The notes: a model not told the origin generated them from the letters alone. DNA of 64,000 bases from Dehalococcoidia bacterium (GCA_964291495.2 OZ219872.1:128001-192000); one strand, 5' to 3'; counted from the stretch's first letter, positions 11,901-20,846 are shown. Program-made: numbers and translations.

Positions 11901-14900
11901 CGCGGCTGAAGGCAATGGCGAGGCGGGTAGCGTCCGTGAGCGTGACGGTGGTCGAGGAGGTCGATCCCGTACCGATGGCGGCGGGCAGCGTCCCGAAGCC
12001 GAGGACGACGGTTTCATCTCCTTCGACCAGCGCGTCGGTGGCGGCCTGGATGCTGAGTGTCTTGCTGGTCTCGCCGCGCTCGAACGTCACGCTCTGCGCG
12101 GTTGCGAAGTCCGGCGTGAAGTCGGCCTGCGAAGCGCTCGACGCGTCCGAATCGAGGACGATGGGGATGGTCACGCCGCCGGCGGCCTGGTGCGCCCGGC
12201 TCAGCCGCACGACGACCGAGCCCGACGCACCCTCCCTGGCGCTGTACGTAGCCCGCTGGAACGAGACGAGCGGCGCCGGAGTGACCACGGCTGTGAGCGC
12301 CTGCTTCAGCGTGGTCCCGTCGGCCGCGCAGATGCCGCCATCGGCGCAGGCCTTGTTGGCGAGCAGCCGGAGCGTGACCGCGCCTTCGCCGGCGGGGTCG
12401 AGCGTGAACAGGTAGGCGTTGGCAGGCTCGCCGTCCGCGACCAGGGCGCTGACGGCGGTGATCGTGCCGCCCGAGACGCTCAACGAGGGCGACGTGGTCG
12501 CGAAATCGACGACGGGCCGGTTGAACGTCACCAGCACCTGGGGCGTGTCGTCGTCGCCCCGGTGGAACGCGGAGGTCCGATCGCTGGCGGGCGCGGCGGC
12601 GCTGAGCGCGACCGGCTGGGGCGCGAGCGCGTAGGCGGGCACGGCGGTCGCCCGGACGTTGGCCTGGAACTCGGATTCGGCGGCCGCGGGAATCGTGAAC
12701 GACAGCTTCTCCGTCCCGGTGCGCGGATCAACCTGGGTGATGGCTTCGTCGGGGCTGAGCTTCGCCGATTGCAACTCCACCTGGCGCTCGCGGCCCCAGC
12801 CGATGAGCCAGTCGCCATTGTCGAGCACGTCCACATGGCCGCCGCGGGTGCCGGCCCGGTCATCGGTGCCGTGCAGCGAGTGGTCATACAGGAACACCGC
12901 CTCGCCGTTGGTGAGGTCCAGTGCGTACGCCACTGCCCGGGCGTACTCGTAGGATGTCCGCGTACTCTCGCCGGTCGCCGGATCGACGAAGCAGTGCTCG
13001 CCGTTGTCGAATAGCGTCAGGCGACCGTCCTGGCCGTCGGGCCGCATCTCGGCGCCGTGCTGGCCGCAGAACTCGCCCTCGGGATCGCCGACGATCCGAA
13101 GCGGCGCAGGCCCGATGTTACGCGCTGTCCACTCCTCCGCCGTGAGGCCGCTGCGGCCGAGACGCCACTCGACCTTGCCCGTGGACGCATTGATGCTCAG
13201 CACCTTCGAGCAGCCGCGGAACGAGCCGATGACGCTGCCCTCGAAGTACTGGACCAGATTCACGTGCGCGTATTCATCCCACCAGTGCGCCAGGCAGTCC
13301 TCGTACGCCATGGTTCGCTCTGACGTCCAGGTTCGAGAGACGCCCTGCGAAGGGGTGAGTATCTGAATGGCCGAATCGCTGAGGGCTTCCGACGTTGTGA
13401 ACTGCGTCGTACGCCAGTCCTCGGTAAAGCGGCCCCAGAGCCTGCCGCTGTCATTGCTGCCCTCGGGGTCGTCTGCCAGGAGGCTCTCGTGGAGGGCAAC
13501 GTGACTGATGTCCCGGTTGACCGCCAGCTCGTAGGACATCAGCAGGTAGCCGCCGTTGTCGAGGACGCGGAAGTCGTGGACTCCCGTGCACCCCAGCGGT
13601 GACTTGGAGGAGACCGTTGTCAGCTGCGCGAAGTCCTCGTCCAGCACATGATGCGTGGCGACGCATCCCCTTGCCGGGCGAGTGGTGTAGTGCCAGCGGA
13701 ATTCGCGGCTCGACCCGACCCGGTAGTGGCGGAAGAACATCCGCGGCCTCGTCTCGGGCCGATCGTGGTAGCGAGGCACGCCCTGGTTGTCGACGACGGC
13801 CAGGTAGTTGCCGTACGCAAACGAGATCAGTGACTGGGTGATCTCGCCCATGCCCCGGTCGATCGCCTCCATCGTGGCGAGGAAGTCCTGCACGCAGTGC
13901 ACGACGTAGTCCGTGTACCCGCCGTTGGCGGCGCTCGCCCGCACCACGACATCGCTGTCCCCGGTCACGGCGACCTCGATGGCCGTGCCGCTCGGGGTCT
14001 GCGTGCCGTTGACCGCCAGGCGGACGCCGGCGGCGGCCGTCGGGGTGACGGTCATCGTGTCCGTGTTCCCGCAGCTGACCTTGTAGTGCAGGACGTCGTC
14101 GGCGAAGCCCGGCGTGAGGGCAATCGTGGTGTCCGTCGTGGTCGCCGTCAGGCCGGTGAGGACGCTCGCGATCACGACGTGGTGCGTGGTCGCCTCGGCG
14201 GTCGCTTTGGTGGCCACTGCGGGACTCTCGCCCGCGCGGTGCCGATCGGTGTAGGTCGCCCTGACGCGCAGGTACTGGCCCGAGTCGCCAGCGACCGGCG
14301 TGTAGCTGGCGCTGGTCGCCCCGGAGATGGTGGTCCAGCTGTTGCGCCCGCTGGAGCGCTGCCAGACCCAGGTGGTCGTGCCGCTCACGGTGTCGGGGTC
14401 GCTCAGCGTGGCGGTGAGCGCCGTCCCGACCTTGGGCCGCACGGGTGACAGGGAGCTCGCGCCCGGTTCGTCGACGTCCGTGACCGTCACGGTCACGGCC
14501 AGCGTGGCGGCAACGCCGCCGACGGTCGCGCTCAGGGTGATCGAGTAGGACCTGTCGGTGTCGTCGTCGTCGGGCGACTCGAAGTCGGGCAGCTTGGGAC
14601 GGGGCGGGGTGTTCGTCGTGTCCGAGGTGTCGATCAGCCGCAGCGCGCCCTTCGGCGTGGAAATGTCGAAGTGGCTCGCGTCCGTGCCGGAGATCGCCCA
14701 GGTGACCTCGTCCACCTCCGCGTCCGCCCCCGACACGCTGAACGTGCCCACGCGAGTGGCGGAGTTCTCGGCGTACGAGAGCGCGGCCGTGCCGCTGATC
14801 GCCGGGGTCCCCGTCGTGGCCGCCTGTGTCGCCGACCAGGCGCCGTCGCCGTCCGCGTTGACGGCGCGCACCTGGAAGTCGTAGCCGGTCGAGGGCGTCA

Positions 14901-15717
14901 GCCCCGTCTGCACGTACGACAGCGCGCCTCCGCCCGTCTCCCAGATGTCGTCCTGCCCGGTCCACTGGCCGTCGGACTTGTCCGTCGCGTCGCTCTTGAT
15001 GTAGCGCAGGTCGTAGGCGGTGATGGCCGCGCCGCCGTCGCTCGAGGGCGCGGTCCACACGACCGTCACCGAGGTCAGCGCCGCCGTCGCCGAGGAGATG
15101 GTGGGGGCAACCGCCACTGCCGCCGGGCCGGGGCCCGATCGCCGCTGGACGGTGGAAGCCCCCTGCCAGTTCACCCGGTGGTTCGGGTCGTGATCCCGCC
15201 CCGCGTGCCCCAGCGTCGCATCGGCCGCCGTCGACGCCGAGCGGATCGAGCCGCCGTTGAGCTCGAGGGTGTTCGCGAGCACGGCGATGCCGCGGGTGGA
15301 GTAGTTCGGCTCCACCACGGTGTGGGCGAAGGTCAGGCTGGCCGTGCCGGTCCCGCCCTCGTAGCTCGCCCACTTCTCGCCCCAGTCTGCCGGGTCCATG
15401 TCGATCTTGAGGCGTGGCGCGCCGCCGACGTGCACCGCCTCGCTGAAGGTCAGCGTCACCCGGATGGTCTCGCCGGGCCCGTAGGTCAGCGCCCGCTGGG
15501 GCGCCGACGTCACGGTCACGCCGGTCACCGTCGGGCCGCTCTGGCCCGCCGCCGTCCCGGGTCCGAGCATCGGGCCGAGGAGCACCACGAGCAGCGCCGC
15601 GACGCGCACGGCGGCGCGGAACGAGCGGAGGCGCTCGATCACTGGCGATTTCCAGCAGGACGTTACTGCGGAAGCGCCCGCTGGCAGCAGGACGACCGGT
15701 GCGACCCGATCAGGCAT
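8911..15717 (-). CDS. Giant secreted surface protein: Ig-like, FN3, cadherin, arylsulfotransferase, Calx-beta, beta-propeller, and a duplicated C-terminal module
   Basis: Signal peptide (start may be GTG 15642); FN3 WTAPSSDGG..YDFQVRAVN; cadherin PDFESP..TVTDVDE; ASST HD/HxN/SxR/QH; Calx-beta DALVEGDET; PRGIWSDG propeller repeats. Confidence 0.88.
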   Translation of the reverse strand: MPDRVAPVVLLPAGASAVTSCWKSPVIERLRSFRAAVRVAALLVVLLGPMLGPGTAAGQSGPTVTGVTVTSAPQRALTYGPGETIRVTLTFSEAVHVGGAPRLKIDMDPADWGEKWASYEGGTGTASLTFAHTVVEPNYSTRGIAVLANTLELNGGSIRSASTAADATLGHAGRDHDPNHRVNWQGASTVQRRSGPGPAAVAVAPTISSATAALTSVTVVWTAPSSDGGAAITAYDLRYIKSDATDKSDGQWTGQDDIWETGGGALSYVQTGLTPSTGYDFQVRAVNADGDGAWSATQAATTGTPAISGTAALSYAENSATRVGTFSVSGADAEVDEVTWAISGTDASHFDISTPKGALRLIDTSDTTNTPPRPKLPDFESPDDDDTDRSYSITLSATVGGVAATLAVTVTVTDVDEPGASSLSPVRPKVGTALTATLSDPDTVSGTTTWVWQRSSGRNSWTTISGATSASYTPVAGDSGQYLRVRATYTDRHRAGESPAVATKATAEATTHHVVIASVLTGLTATTTDTTIALTPGFADDVLHYKVSCGNTDTMTVTPTAAAGVRLAVNGTQTPSGTAIEVAVTGDSDVVVRASAANGGYTDYVVHCVQDFLATMEAIDRGMGEITQSLISFAYGNYLAVVDNQGVPRYHDRPETRPRMFFRHYRVGSSREFRWHYTTRPARGCVATHHVLDEDFAQLTTVSSKSPLGCTGVHDFRVLDNGGYLLMSYELAVNRDISHVALHESLLADDPEGSNDSGRLWGRFTEDWRTTQFTTSEALSDSAIQILTPSQGVSRTWTSERTMAYEDCLAHWWDEYAHVNLVQYFEGSVIGSFRGCSKVLSINASTGKVEWRLGRSGLTAEEWTARNIGPAPLRIVGDPEGEFCGQHGAEMRPDGQDGRLTLFDNGEHCFVDPATGESTRTSYEYARAVAYALDLTNGEAVFLYDHSLHGTDDRAGTRGGHVDVLDNGDWLIGWGRERQVELQSAKLSPDEAITQVDPRTGTEKLSFTIPAAAESEFQANVRATAVPAYALAPQPVALSAAAPASDRTSAFHRGDDDTPQVLVTFNRPVVDFATTSPSLSVSGGTITAVSALVADGEPANAYLFTLDPAGEGAVTLRLLANKACADGGICAADGTTLKQALTAVVTPAPLVSFQRATYSAREGASGSVVVRLSRAHQAAGGVTIPIVLDSDASSASQADFTPDFATAQSVTFERGETSKTLSIQAATDALVEGDETVVLGFGTLPAAIGTGSTSSTTVTLTDATRLAIAFSRVEGELAEGGSATFTLEITNGVTFAEAATINLAVSGSATAGTDFTLEAGGSTLSSPYSVTLAAGGSSTSFTIRATDDSAAEPTDETVTIRATLALANTFVGGRTVANAPFGSRTVTIPPSDVANLPDVTISAGSGVTEGEAASFTLQRTDATTAALTVSVRVVATGASLSASAPSTASFAAGSATASLSLPTRDDTVVRAAGGQVAVYLIGSSANPPTYLTTPTNHATVAVADDDAANFTVTASAEQLTEGQTLVVTVDTGGVTFPDAQEIELRLGGTATTGDDYLRPGGCAGSSCFLTLRRGAQAARATFRTRYDGVDDGDERIDIDAYHDEGFIGSVSVTLVDGAAPPPVVFVPGGFGGGGGGGPSGPTPSKADFEWNVKRDIEELDAEHNLPTGAWSDGTTLWLANNPDGSGDAVYAYDLASGERLAEREFELDARNGAPRGVAGAGGVLWVADSGRDRLFAYDRESGERLEDRDIQLDRGNRDPRGIWTDGATMFVLNRNPSLYAYHPVSGQLLGVHALDPANSDPRGIWSDGFTAWVSDHSAKRLFAYRLPAPDAASAAEEAQPLQRVRDEEFTELTGASNLSPRGLWSDGEVMYVADANDGRVYSYNMPDAIDARLSSLTLAGIEFGEFSPRRLGYEGGAGTGVEETTVEAVPAQAEATVVIEPPDADGDSSEGYQVTLAGVREITVTVTSPDGSRTRVYRVALAGPEEPVPPHAGLDGRPAECLRGPVVAGGFSLVLARGGSVDDLATCSAERGVTALYALHEGEWVSYHVGAPEFVNRPFRELFAEGLPASTPLVVKGGEPEALATGLSSLALDGVSFGAFSPGRTEYAGVAAAGLTQATVEAVPSQASATVVIAPADADGDPANGHQAMLRPNAPVTVTVTSDDGTRTAVYRVWFAGAGAEDAEPAPECLRGEVGPRFSLVVHEGGSVEALDACARSLGIAALYALVDGAYVSYFPGAPDFVNEPFSKLFPHGLPPGTPLVAAGGDGN

Positions 15718-15970
15718 GGCTCGCGCATGGGGGCGACGGCCAGCCGGACGGGAACGTTCCGCCGACCGGGTTGATCAGCGGCTGCCCCTGCGACCGGTCG
15801 TTGGCGTTCCATCGCGCCTTGCGGCACGCCTCCGGCTCGGCGCCGTACGAGCCCGAGCAGCGCCACTGACCGTTAGTACGCTGCTCCGGTAGCAGTGGTT
15901 GTGGGTGCCCCGTACGCGCGGTTGTCGTCGTTGTCGGCCGGCGCCAAACCTGCCCCGCGGGGGTAACCAA
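15710..15970 (-). pseudogene. Frameshifted remnant paralogous to the middle of the 18772-19905 gene
   Basis: QWRCSGSYGAEPEACRKARWNA..PLINP matches QWRRSGSYGADAAACRRASWNA..PLLNP; two 1-bp deletions in the NRAV..CYREQR region. Confidence 0.75.
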
Positions 15971-16009
15971 CGGAATCCCTCCCGGTCCCTGTGCAACGGC
16001 CCGACCGGG

Positions 16010-16073
16010 ACTTTACCTGACGAGATGTAACTACTACGTAACCCTTGCCCTCTATGAGCATGATTTTTTGTGA
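16010..16073 (-). promoter_or_regulatory. Four-box promoter P3
   Basis: TCACA-N5-TCATG-N17-TTACG-N6-TTACA-N10-TAAAGT. Confidence 0.65.
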
Positions 16074-16167
16074 TGTTTCAACCGGAACACCCTGCAAGCC
16101 GGCACGTTCAAGCTGGTAGCGCAGAAGCTCCACAGCTCGCTGGCCCGGCGTGCAGCCGGTCGAGCGA

Positions 16168-16398
16168 TCAGGTGAGGAACCGCAGCTCGGGCAGGCAGGT
16201 TCCACAGCCCTTCACATCCCTCTTGCCGGTGCTCAGCGCCTTATCGATCGCTTCGTCTCGAGTGGGGAAGGGGCCGTGCCAGCGGTTGTCGGGCAGGCGC
16301 GACCCGTACCGGCCCCGGCCATCGTTGCAGTGCGGGCAGCTCGCCCGGTGAACCCGCGCCCAGCTCGTGGCATCGTCCTCGTACACCCACCAGTTCAT
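16168..16398 (-). CDS. Small Cys/His-rich putative metal-binding protein
   Basis: MNWWVYED..RVHRASCPHCNDGRG..WHGPF..GCGTC. Confidence 0.65.
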   Translation of the reverse strand: MNWWVYEDDATSWARVHRASCPHCNDGRGRYGSRLPDNRWHGPFPTRDEAIDKALSTGKRDVKGCGTCLPELRFLT

Positions 16399-16514
16399 CG
16401 CTGTAGCGGCATCCGCGATCGCCGAGCCGGCTGCCAACTCGTCGACTCCTCCGGATAGGTCAGGGAGTCGTGTCGCCGGGGAGCGGCAGGTTGATGGACA
16501 CGGTGCTGACAGGA

Positions 16515-16547
16515 GGGAGGCCATCGCCGTCAATGCGATGGCCTCCC
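16515..16547 (-). terminator. Hairpin downstream of the 576-aa gene
   Basis: Perfect 13-bp stem gggaggccatcgc/gcgatggcctccc. Confidence 0.6.
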
Positions 16548-16616
16548 CCGGCCGCCCCTGTGTACGGCGTTCCTTGCATTGGCAGGCCTCGCCGCCTACC
16601 GGAGCCCCGGCGGCAA

Positions 16617-18347
16617 CTACCTCTTGTACCCGGAGTCCGGGCAGGGCCCGGTGCCGCCCCAGATCCACTCCACTGGTGTGCCCCAGCGGTCGTAGATGAC
16701 GCAGTGGCGCATCAGCCACGAACCGTCGCTGCCAACGGTGCGCGTCTCGCCGTTGAACTGGTACTGCTCTCCAGGCGTGCGGCGGCCAAACTTCACCTCC
16801 GGGGCGGAGATGGTGTCTTCGGGGGGAGTGAGCGTCGGGTCGGTCTCCGAATCCGGCGCGCTGCTTTCCGGCGGGGTCTTCTCGACGCCCCTGATGTCCA
16901 CCTTGAACACGTGGCCATCCGACTGGCTCGCCCATCCGCCAGGCCCCGCAATGTACCTACTGGCGTCTGGTCCTCTAAGGGGGGCGCCGCTCAGGAGCAC
17001 CTGGTTCCCGATGGACCAGCCGTCCGCGCCGCCGCTGTCTTCGTTGTCGGAGAGCGTGGTGACGAACCTGGTTCCCCGGTTGCCTCTCCAGGTGACCTGG
17101 AGGACCAGGAAATAGAGCGTACCGGGCTCCAGGTCGATGCCCCCGGAAGTGCTCAACAAGCTGTTGATGCCGTTCCCGAGCGTCGGGTTGGTCAACGATC
17201 CGACCTTCGCGCCGACCGTCGAGCCGCTGGCCGCGGAGATGTAGGCCGTATAGGCCACCGCGGGGGATAGCTGCGACGAAGCGATCATCGCTGCAATCTG
17301 GACCGAAGTCAGCGTGTAGCCGAGGGTGTTGGCGCCGGTCATGAAGGGAACAGCGAAATGATCGAAATGGAAGTAGACCGTCTGGGCGTCGCTCTGCCCG
17401 GTGTTCGCGATCAGCGTGGTGCCGGTCGGCAGAGGCGTGTTGTTGCTCACCGCCTGGTTGCTGAAGGGCGCCACGTTGACGTTGCCCGTCGCGAGTCGCA
17501 GCGGGTTCTGCGTCGGTTCGCTGTAGCTCACGGTGACCGTCTCGTGCCAGGCGACCGCGCTTGCCAGGGTCACCGTCACGGTCGCGTCGGAGACGGCGAC
17601 CGTGCCCTTGCCGGCGATGGTGCGGGCAGTACCGCCCGAAGGCGTCGCACTCACGGTGAACTGTTGGCCCGACGGCTCCGAGTCGGGGTCCAGGGCCCGG
17701 TCGAAGGTCACGGTGAGCGTCTCCCTGTTCACCGCTGCCGAGGAAATGCGGGGCTGGATCGTGTAGCCCTCGATGGTCATCTTCGGGACGCGGTTCGGTA
17801 TTGACGACGACCACGTGGTGCCGCTCCGAAAATAGAACGCGTTGCCGATCGTCCAGCCCGGCGCCCCGCCGCTGTCTTCGTCCTGCGAGGAGGTCAACCA
17901 CAACCTGGGGTTCTTGTTGCCGGGGGAGGTGATATCGAGGACCACGGAGTAGGTCGTGTCGGCTAGCAGGTCGATGCCGTCGGCAGAGCTGAATGTGTTG
18001 GTCCCGGTGCTGAGGGACGAACTGGAGAGCGTACCCACGCTTGCGCCGACCGACGTGCCGCTGCCCGTGTGGATGCTGACTGTGAAGGTGTGGGATACGG
18101 TAAGACTGGGATTAGCGAATCCTGACACCTGGACCGCGACTGAGGTCAGCTTGTAGCCGTTACTGCTGGAGCCGGTCTCAAAGGGAATGGCCAGATCATT
18201 ACCGAAGACGACGTTATTCGAGGTTGCCTGGCCGTTATTGCTGACCAGCGTGGTGCTGGTCGGCGTCTGGGCGTCAACGGTGGCGGCGCCGAACAGGAAG
18301 ACGGCGAGGACCAGCAGCGAGCCGAGGGCGGTGAGTGGCCGGAACAT
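16617..18347 (-). CDS. Secreted protein with two copies of a beta-rich 'EDSGG..GW.IG' domain flanking a SwmB-like domain
   Basis: Signal peptide ..AATVDA/Q; repeated TL(V/I).N.GQ..F.TG..GY.LTSV..EDSGGA.GW.IGN; SwmB-like TLTVTFDRALD..VTVSY..P. Confidence 0.8.
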   Translation of the reverse strand: MFRPLTALGSLLVLAVFLFGAATVDAQTPTSTTLVSNNGQATSNNVVFGNDLAIPFETGSSSNGYKLTSVAVQVSGFANPSLTVSHTFTVSIHTGSGTSVGASVGTLSSSSLSTGTNTFSSADGIDLLADTTYSVVLDITSPGNKNPRLWLTSSQDEDSGGAPGWTIGNAFYFRSGTTWSSSIPNRVPKMTIEGYTIQPRISSAAVNRETLTVTFDRALDPDSEPSGQQFTVSATPSGGTARTIAGKGTVAVSDATVTVTLASAVAWHETVTVSYSEPTQNPLRLATGNVNVAPFSNQAVSNNTPLPTGTTLIANTGQSDAQTVYFHFDHFAVPFMTGANTLGYTLTSVQIAAMIASSQLSPAVAYTAYISAASGSTVGAKVGSLTNPTLGNGINSLLSTSGGIDLEPGTLYFLVLQVTWRGNRGTRFVTTLSDNEDSGGADGWSIGNQVLLSGAPLRGPDASRYIAGPGGWASQSDGHVFKVDIRGVEKTPPESSAPDSETDPTLTPPEDTISAPEVKFGRRTPGEQYQFNGETRTVGSDGSWLMRHCVIYDRWGTPVEWIWGGTGPCPDSGYKR

Positions 18348-18352
18348 GGCTA

Positions 18353-18367
18353 CCCCCCCCCCCCCCC
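18353..18367 (-). repeat. G15 homopolymer just upstream of the ATG at 18347
   Basis: 15 consecutive C on the + strand. Confidence 0.9.
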
Positions 18368-18468
18368 GTTATGTCGCAAGGCGCGCGGAGAGCGGTTCGC
18401 GAATCCGACCCCAACCGGGCTGCGCATTGGATCCATGCCAGTCACCTCCACTGATAGACTCACGGAGT

Positions 18469-18532
18469 AGTATGCCAGCATGCGCATTACTGATTCGTGA
18501 TCTAGAGCGTCAATATACGTAATGTTTTGTAA
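18469..18532 (-). promoter_or_regulatory. Four-box promoter P2
   Basis: TTACA-N5-TTACG-N17-TCACG-N6-TAATG-N10-CATACT, with extended -10 TG. Confidence 0.7.
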
Positions 18533-18771
18533 CTTCCTGCCATGTGCGGCAGGTCCGGTGGTCACCACCACCTGCGCGTGAGGCTCGACCTGGGGAGGAC
18601 CGCTACGGCTCTCCCGCCTACCGGCCCCGCGCTCGCCCCCGCCCACCACCAGCGGCGTGATGATCCCGATGGCCACCCGGCCGCGAGAGGCATCGAGCAC
18701 TGCCCGTACGCCGCGGGCGCGGTGAGCAGCCCCGCGCCGAGCGACCTCACGAAGCTGGCGAGGAGCACCGT

Positions 18772-19905
18772 TTAACGCGCATAGCCGGTCACGGCGATCT
18801 TGTAGGCGCGGGTCGTGCTGTGCACCCAGTTGCCGCTGCTATTCGTGTACGAGTACGCGTCATGGATGCTCCAGCCCGGGCTGGCGCCGCTGTCCTCATC
18901 ATCAGAGGGCGTGGCCCACTGGCCGATCCCGCTGGCCTCCGTCGTGACCTCGACCAATATGAAGTAGTTCGTGTTGGCGCTCAGCCTGATGCCATCGCCG
19001 GCCGTGAGCGTGCGCACGCCGCCCCCGAACTCGTCCGGCGGGTCCAGCGTTCCCAGAACGGTACTGCCCGGGACGCCGCTGGATACATCGCGGATGGACA
19101 CGGTGAAGGTCGGGGTGCTTGTGTCGCTGGCACTCTGATCCCTGACCCAGAACTCGACGGCAGTCAGGATCCACTCCCGGTTCCCCTGGGGGAGACTGCC
19201 CGTCCTGAACTGCTGCGCATAGCGCCGCCCGCTTCTCCACGTTGCCCACCCCGAGGTGCTCTGGTTGAGGTTGCTGACGAGCCTCGTGGGCGTCACGACG
19301 CGCCCACGCGAGTCGCGCGGAGGCGGCTGACCACCCTGGAACGTTCCGCTGGCCGGGTTGAGCAGGGGTTCGCCCTCGGCGCGGTAGTGCGCGTTCCAGC
19401 TCGCCCTGCGGCAGGCAGCGGCGTCGGCGCCGTACGAGCCCGAGCGGCGCCACTGACCCCCGATGCGCTGCTCCCGGTAGCAATTGCCGTCGGAACCGCG
19501 CACGGCGCGGTTGTTCGGGCCGGCCTGGAAGGTGAAGGCCGCGTGGTTCGTGCCGTCTGCGAGTGGCTGGTTCACGGGCGGTCGCGTGTTGCCCTGCTCC
19601 GCGACCGGGCGGACGGTCGAGCGGATCACCCCACCTCGTTCGTACGGCGTAACCACGCGATCGCCGTCGTAGAGGAACTGAATCTCACCGTTGGAGCCCC
19701 ACTTGAATGCCCAGCCGGGCTTCGCTTCGTCGCACGGGATGTCGGATACCGAGCCGGGGTTGTAGGAGCCCGCGACATACCAGGTCCCGGTCCTCGAGTT
19801 GCACTGCACGGAGAAGGACTCGGCGCCGGCGCGGTCTCCGGTCGCGAACGCGAACGTCGCCACTATGGCGAACGCCGCAAGCAGCCCGATGAACCTCCCT
19901 CGGAT
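18772..19905 (-). CDS. Secreted protein: Cys-containing N-terminal modules plus one 'EDSG..GW.I' domain; apparent ATC start
   Basis: Signal peptide IRGRFIGLLAAFAIVATFAFATGDRAGA follows GGAGGAG; first canonical start is GTG 19863; C-terminal domain homologous to the repeats of the 16617 gene. Confidence 0.72.
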   Translation of the reverse strand: MRGRFIGLLAAFAIVATFAFATGDRAGAESFSVQCNSRTGTWYVAGSYNPGSVSDIPCDEAKPGWAFKWGSNGEIQFLYDGDRVVTPYERGGVIRSTVRPVAEQGNTRPPVNQPLADGTNHAAFTFQAGPNNRAVRGSDGNCYREQRIGGQWRRSGSYGADAAACRRASWNAHYRAEGEPLLNPASGTFQGGQPPPRDSRGRVVTPTRLVSNLNQSTSGWATWRSGRRYAQQFRTGSLPQGNREWILTAVEFWVRDQSASDTSTPTFTVSIRDVSSGVPGSTVLGTLDPPDEFGGGVRTLTAGDGIRLSANTNYFILVEVTTEASGIGQWATPSDDEDSGASPGWSIHDAYSYTNSSGNWVHSTTRAYKIAVTGYAR

Positions 19906-19997
19906 GATTCCCTCCTCCGCTTCCGTTCACCCGCAGTCCCGGGCGGTCCCGTCAGGCCTGCCGGGGCGTCCGGCAGGCCTGGTCCGGGAAGGCGTCA
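19892..19997. repeat. Intergenic module (hairpin + RBS), copy A; copy B at 20952-21059
   Basis: Shared gtcaggcctgccgg.gcgtccggcag..ggaaggcgt and tcctccgcttcc; hairpin 19954-19980. Confidence 0.8.
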
Positions 19998-20111
19998 GGG
20001 TGTCGTGCTTCCGGAGAGCGGCAGGTTGATGGACACCGTGCTGAGGGTCGGAACGTTGGGGATCCCCAGATGGTCACGGCCGACACGGTCAACAACACCT
20101 GCCAGCTCTCG

Positions 20112-20846
20112 TCAGTCGCATATCGAGACGCTGGTGTTGAACTCCGCTGCAAGCCTGGCCTGCAGCTTTCGGCACGCTTCGTCGACCTGCTCCCTGGAGC
20201 CAATGTCGACGTCAAGCGTAGAACTCGCGACAGGCTCCACCATCAAGATGGTCGTGCTCGCTGGCCTGACCTTGTCGCGAATGATCCCGGTCACGGTCAC
20301 GGGCTCAGCGGGCTCCACGAAGGACTCTGCGGCTTCTTCCCGGGTGGTGTACGTGGCGGTCACGTCGAAGGACCCGACGTCGCTACCGGTTTCATATCGC
20401 AGCGGCTCGACGCCGCCGTCCGTCGGCTGGGTGTAGGAGACGCGGACGGCGCTGTCCCGTAGCGTCTGCAGCTCCGCCTCGGTGACGGCGCCATCCCGTC
20501 GCTCCACAAGGGTGACTGTCAGACGCCGGTGATGGAACGTGAGGGAGCGGGAGCTGTACTCGGGCGCGACGCCACCCACCGTGACGGTGACGGCGGACGG
20601 ATCGGGCCCGGTCGTGCGCAGCGCGTCGCTGAAGTCGAGGTTCACGACAGTCGTGATGGTGGTGGTGACAGTGGGAGGAGTGGTGCGCTCATCGGTGGTG
20701 ACGTCGGCGATGACCTGGAACGTCGCGCTCGGCGCGACGTCGGCGTGTGCGACGCCCATCGAGGCCCAGACCAGGGCCAGGGCGGCGGCGAGCGCGAAGG
20801 TCGCCCCGCCAACGCGCGACTTCACAGTGCGGTCCATTGCAACCAT
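20112..20846 (-). CDS. Secreted SwmB-like domain protein
   Basis: Signal peptide ..GVAHA/DVA; LDFSDAL..VTVTVGG..VRVSYTQP..LRY; paralog of 21057-21608. Confidence 0.72.
   Translation of the reverse strand: MVAMDRTVKSRVGGATFALAAALALVWASMGVAHADVAPSATFQVIADVTTDERTTPPTVTTTITTVVNLDFSDALRTTGPDPSAVTVTVGGVAPEYSSRSLTFHHRRLTVTLVERRDGAVTEAELQTLRDSAVRVSYTQPTDGGVEPLRYETGSDVGSFDVTATYTTREEAAESFVEPAEPVTVTGIIRDKVRPASTTILMVEPVASSTLDVDIGSREQVDEACRKLQARLAAEFNTSVSICD

Noticed and set aside
16460-16579. 39-aa ORF MQGTPYTG...STVSINLPLPGDTTP
   Set aside because: It runs through a terminator-like hairpin and has no clear SD; only the tail is homologous to other sequence, so it is treated as a remnant
18560-18770. 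Hydrophobic fragment resembling a transporter piece
   Set aside because: It is too short and split across frames to assign
15730-19515. Diversity-generating retroelement TR/VR pair (15730-15925 vs 19330-19515)
   Set aside because: Differences are not adenine-specific and include indels, and there is no reverse transcriptase in the window; this is ordinary paralogy
19995-20114. Second selenocysteine readthrough (ICD-TGA-RELAG...PTLSTVSINLP) with a downstream hairpin
   Set aside because: No Cys-aligned homolog is visible, and comparison with the paralog tail shows a 2-nt indel, so the in-frame tail looks like a decayed remnant
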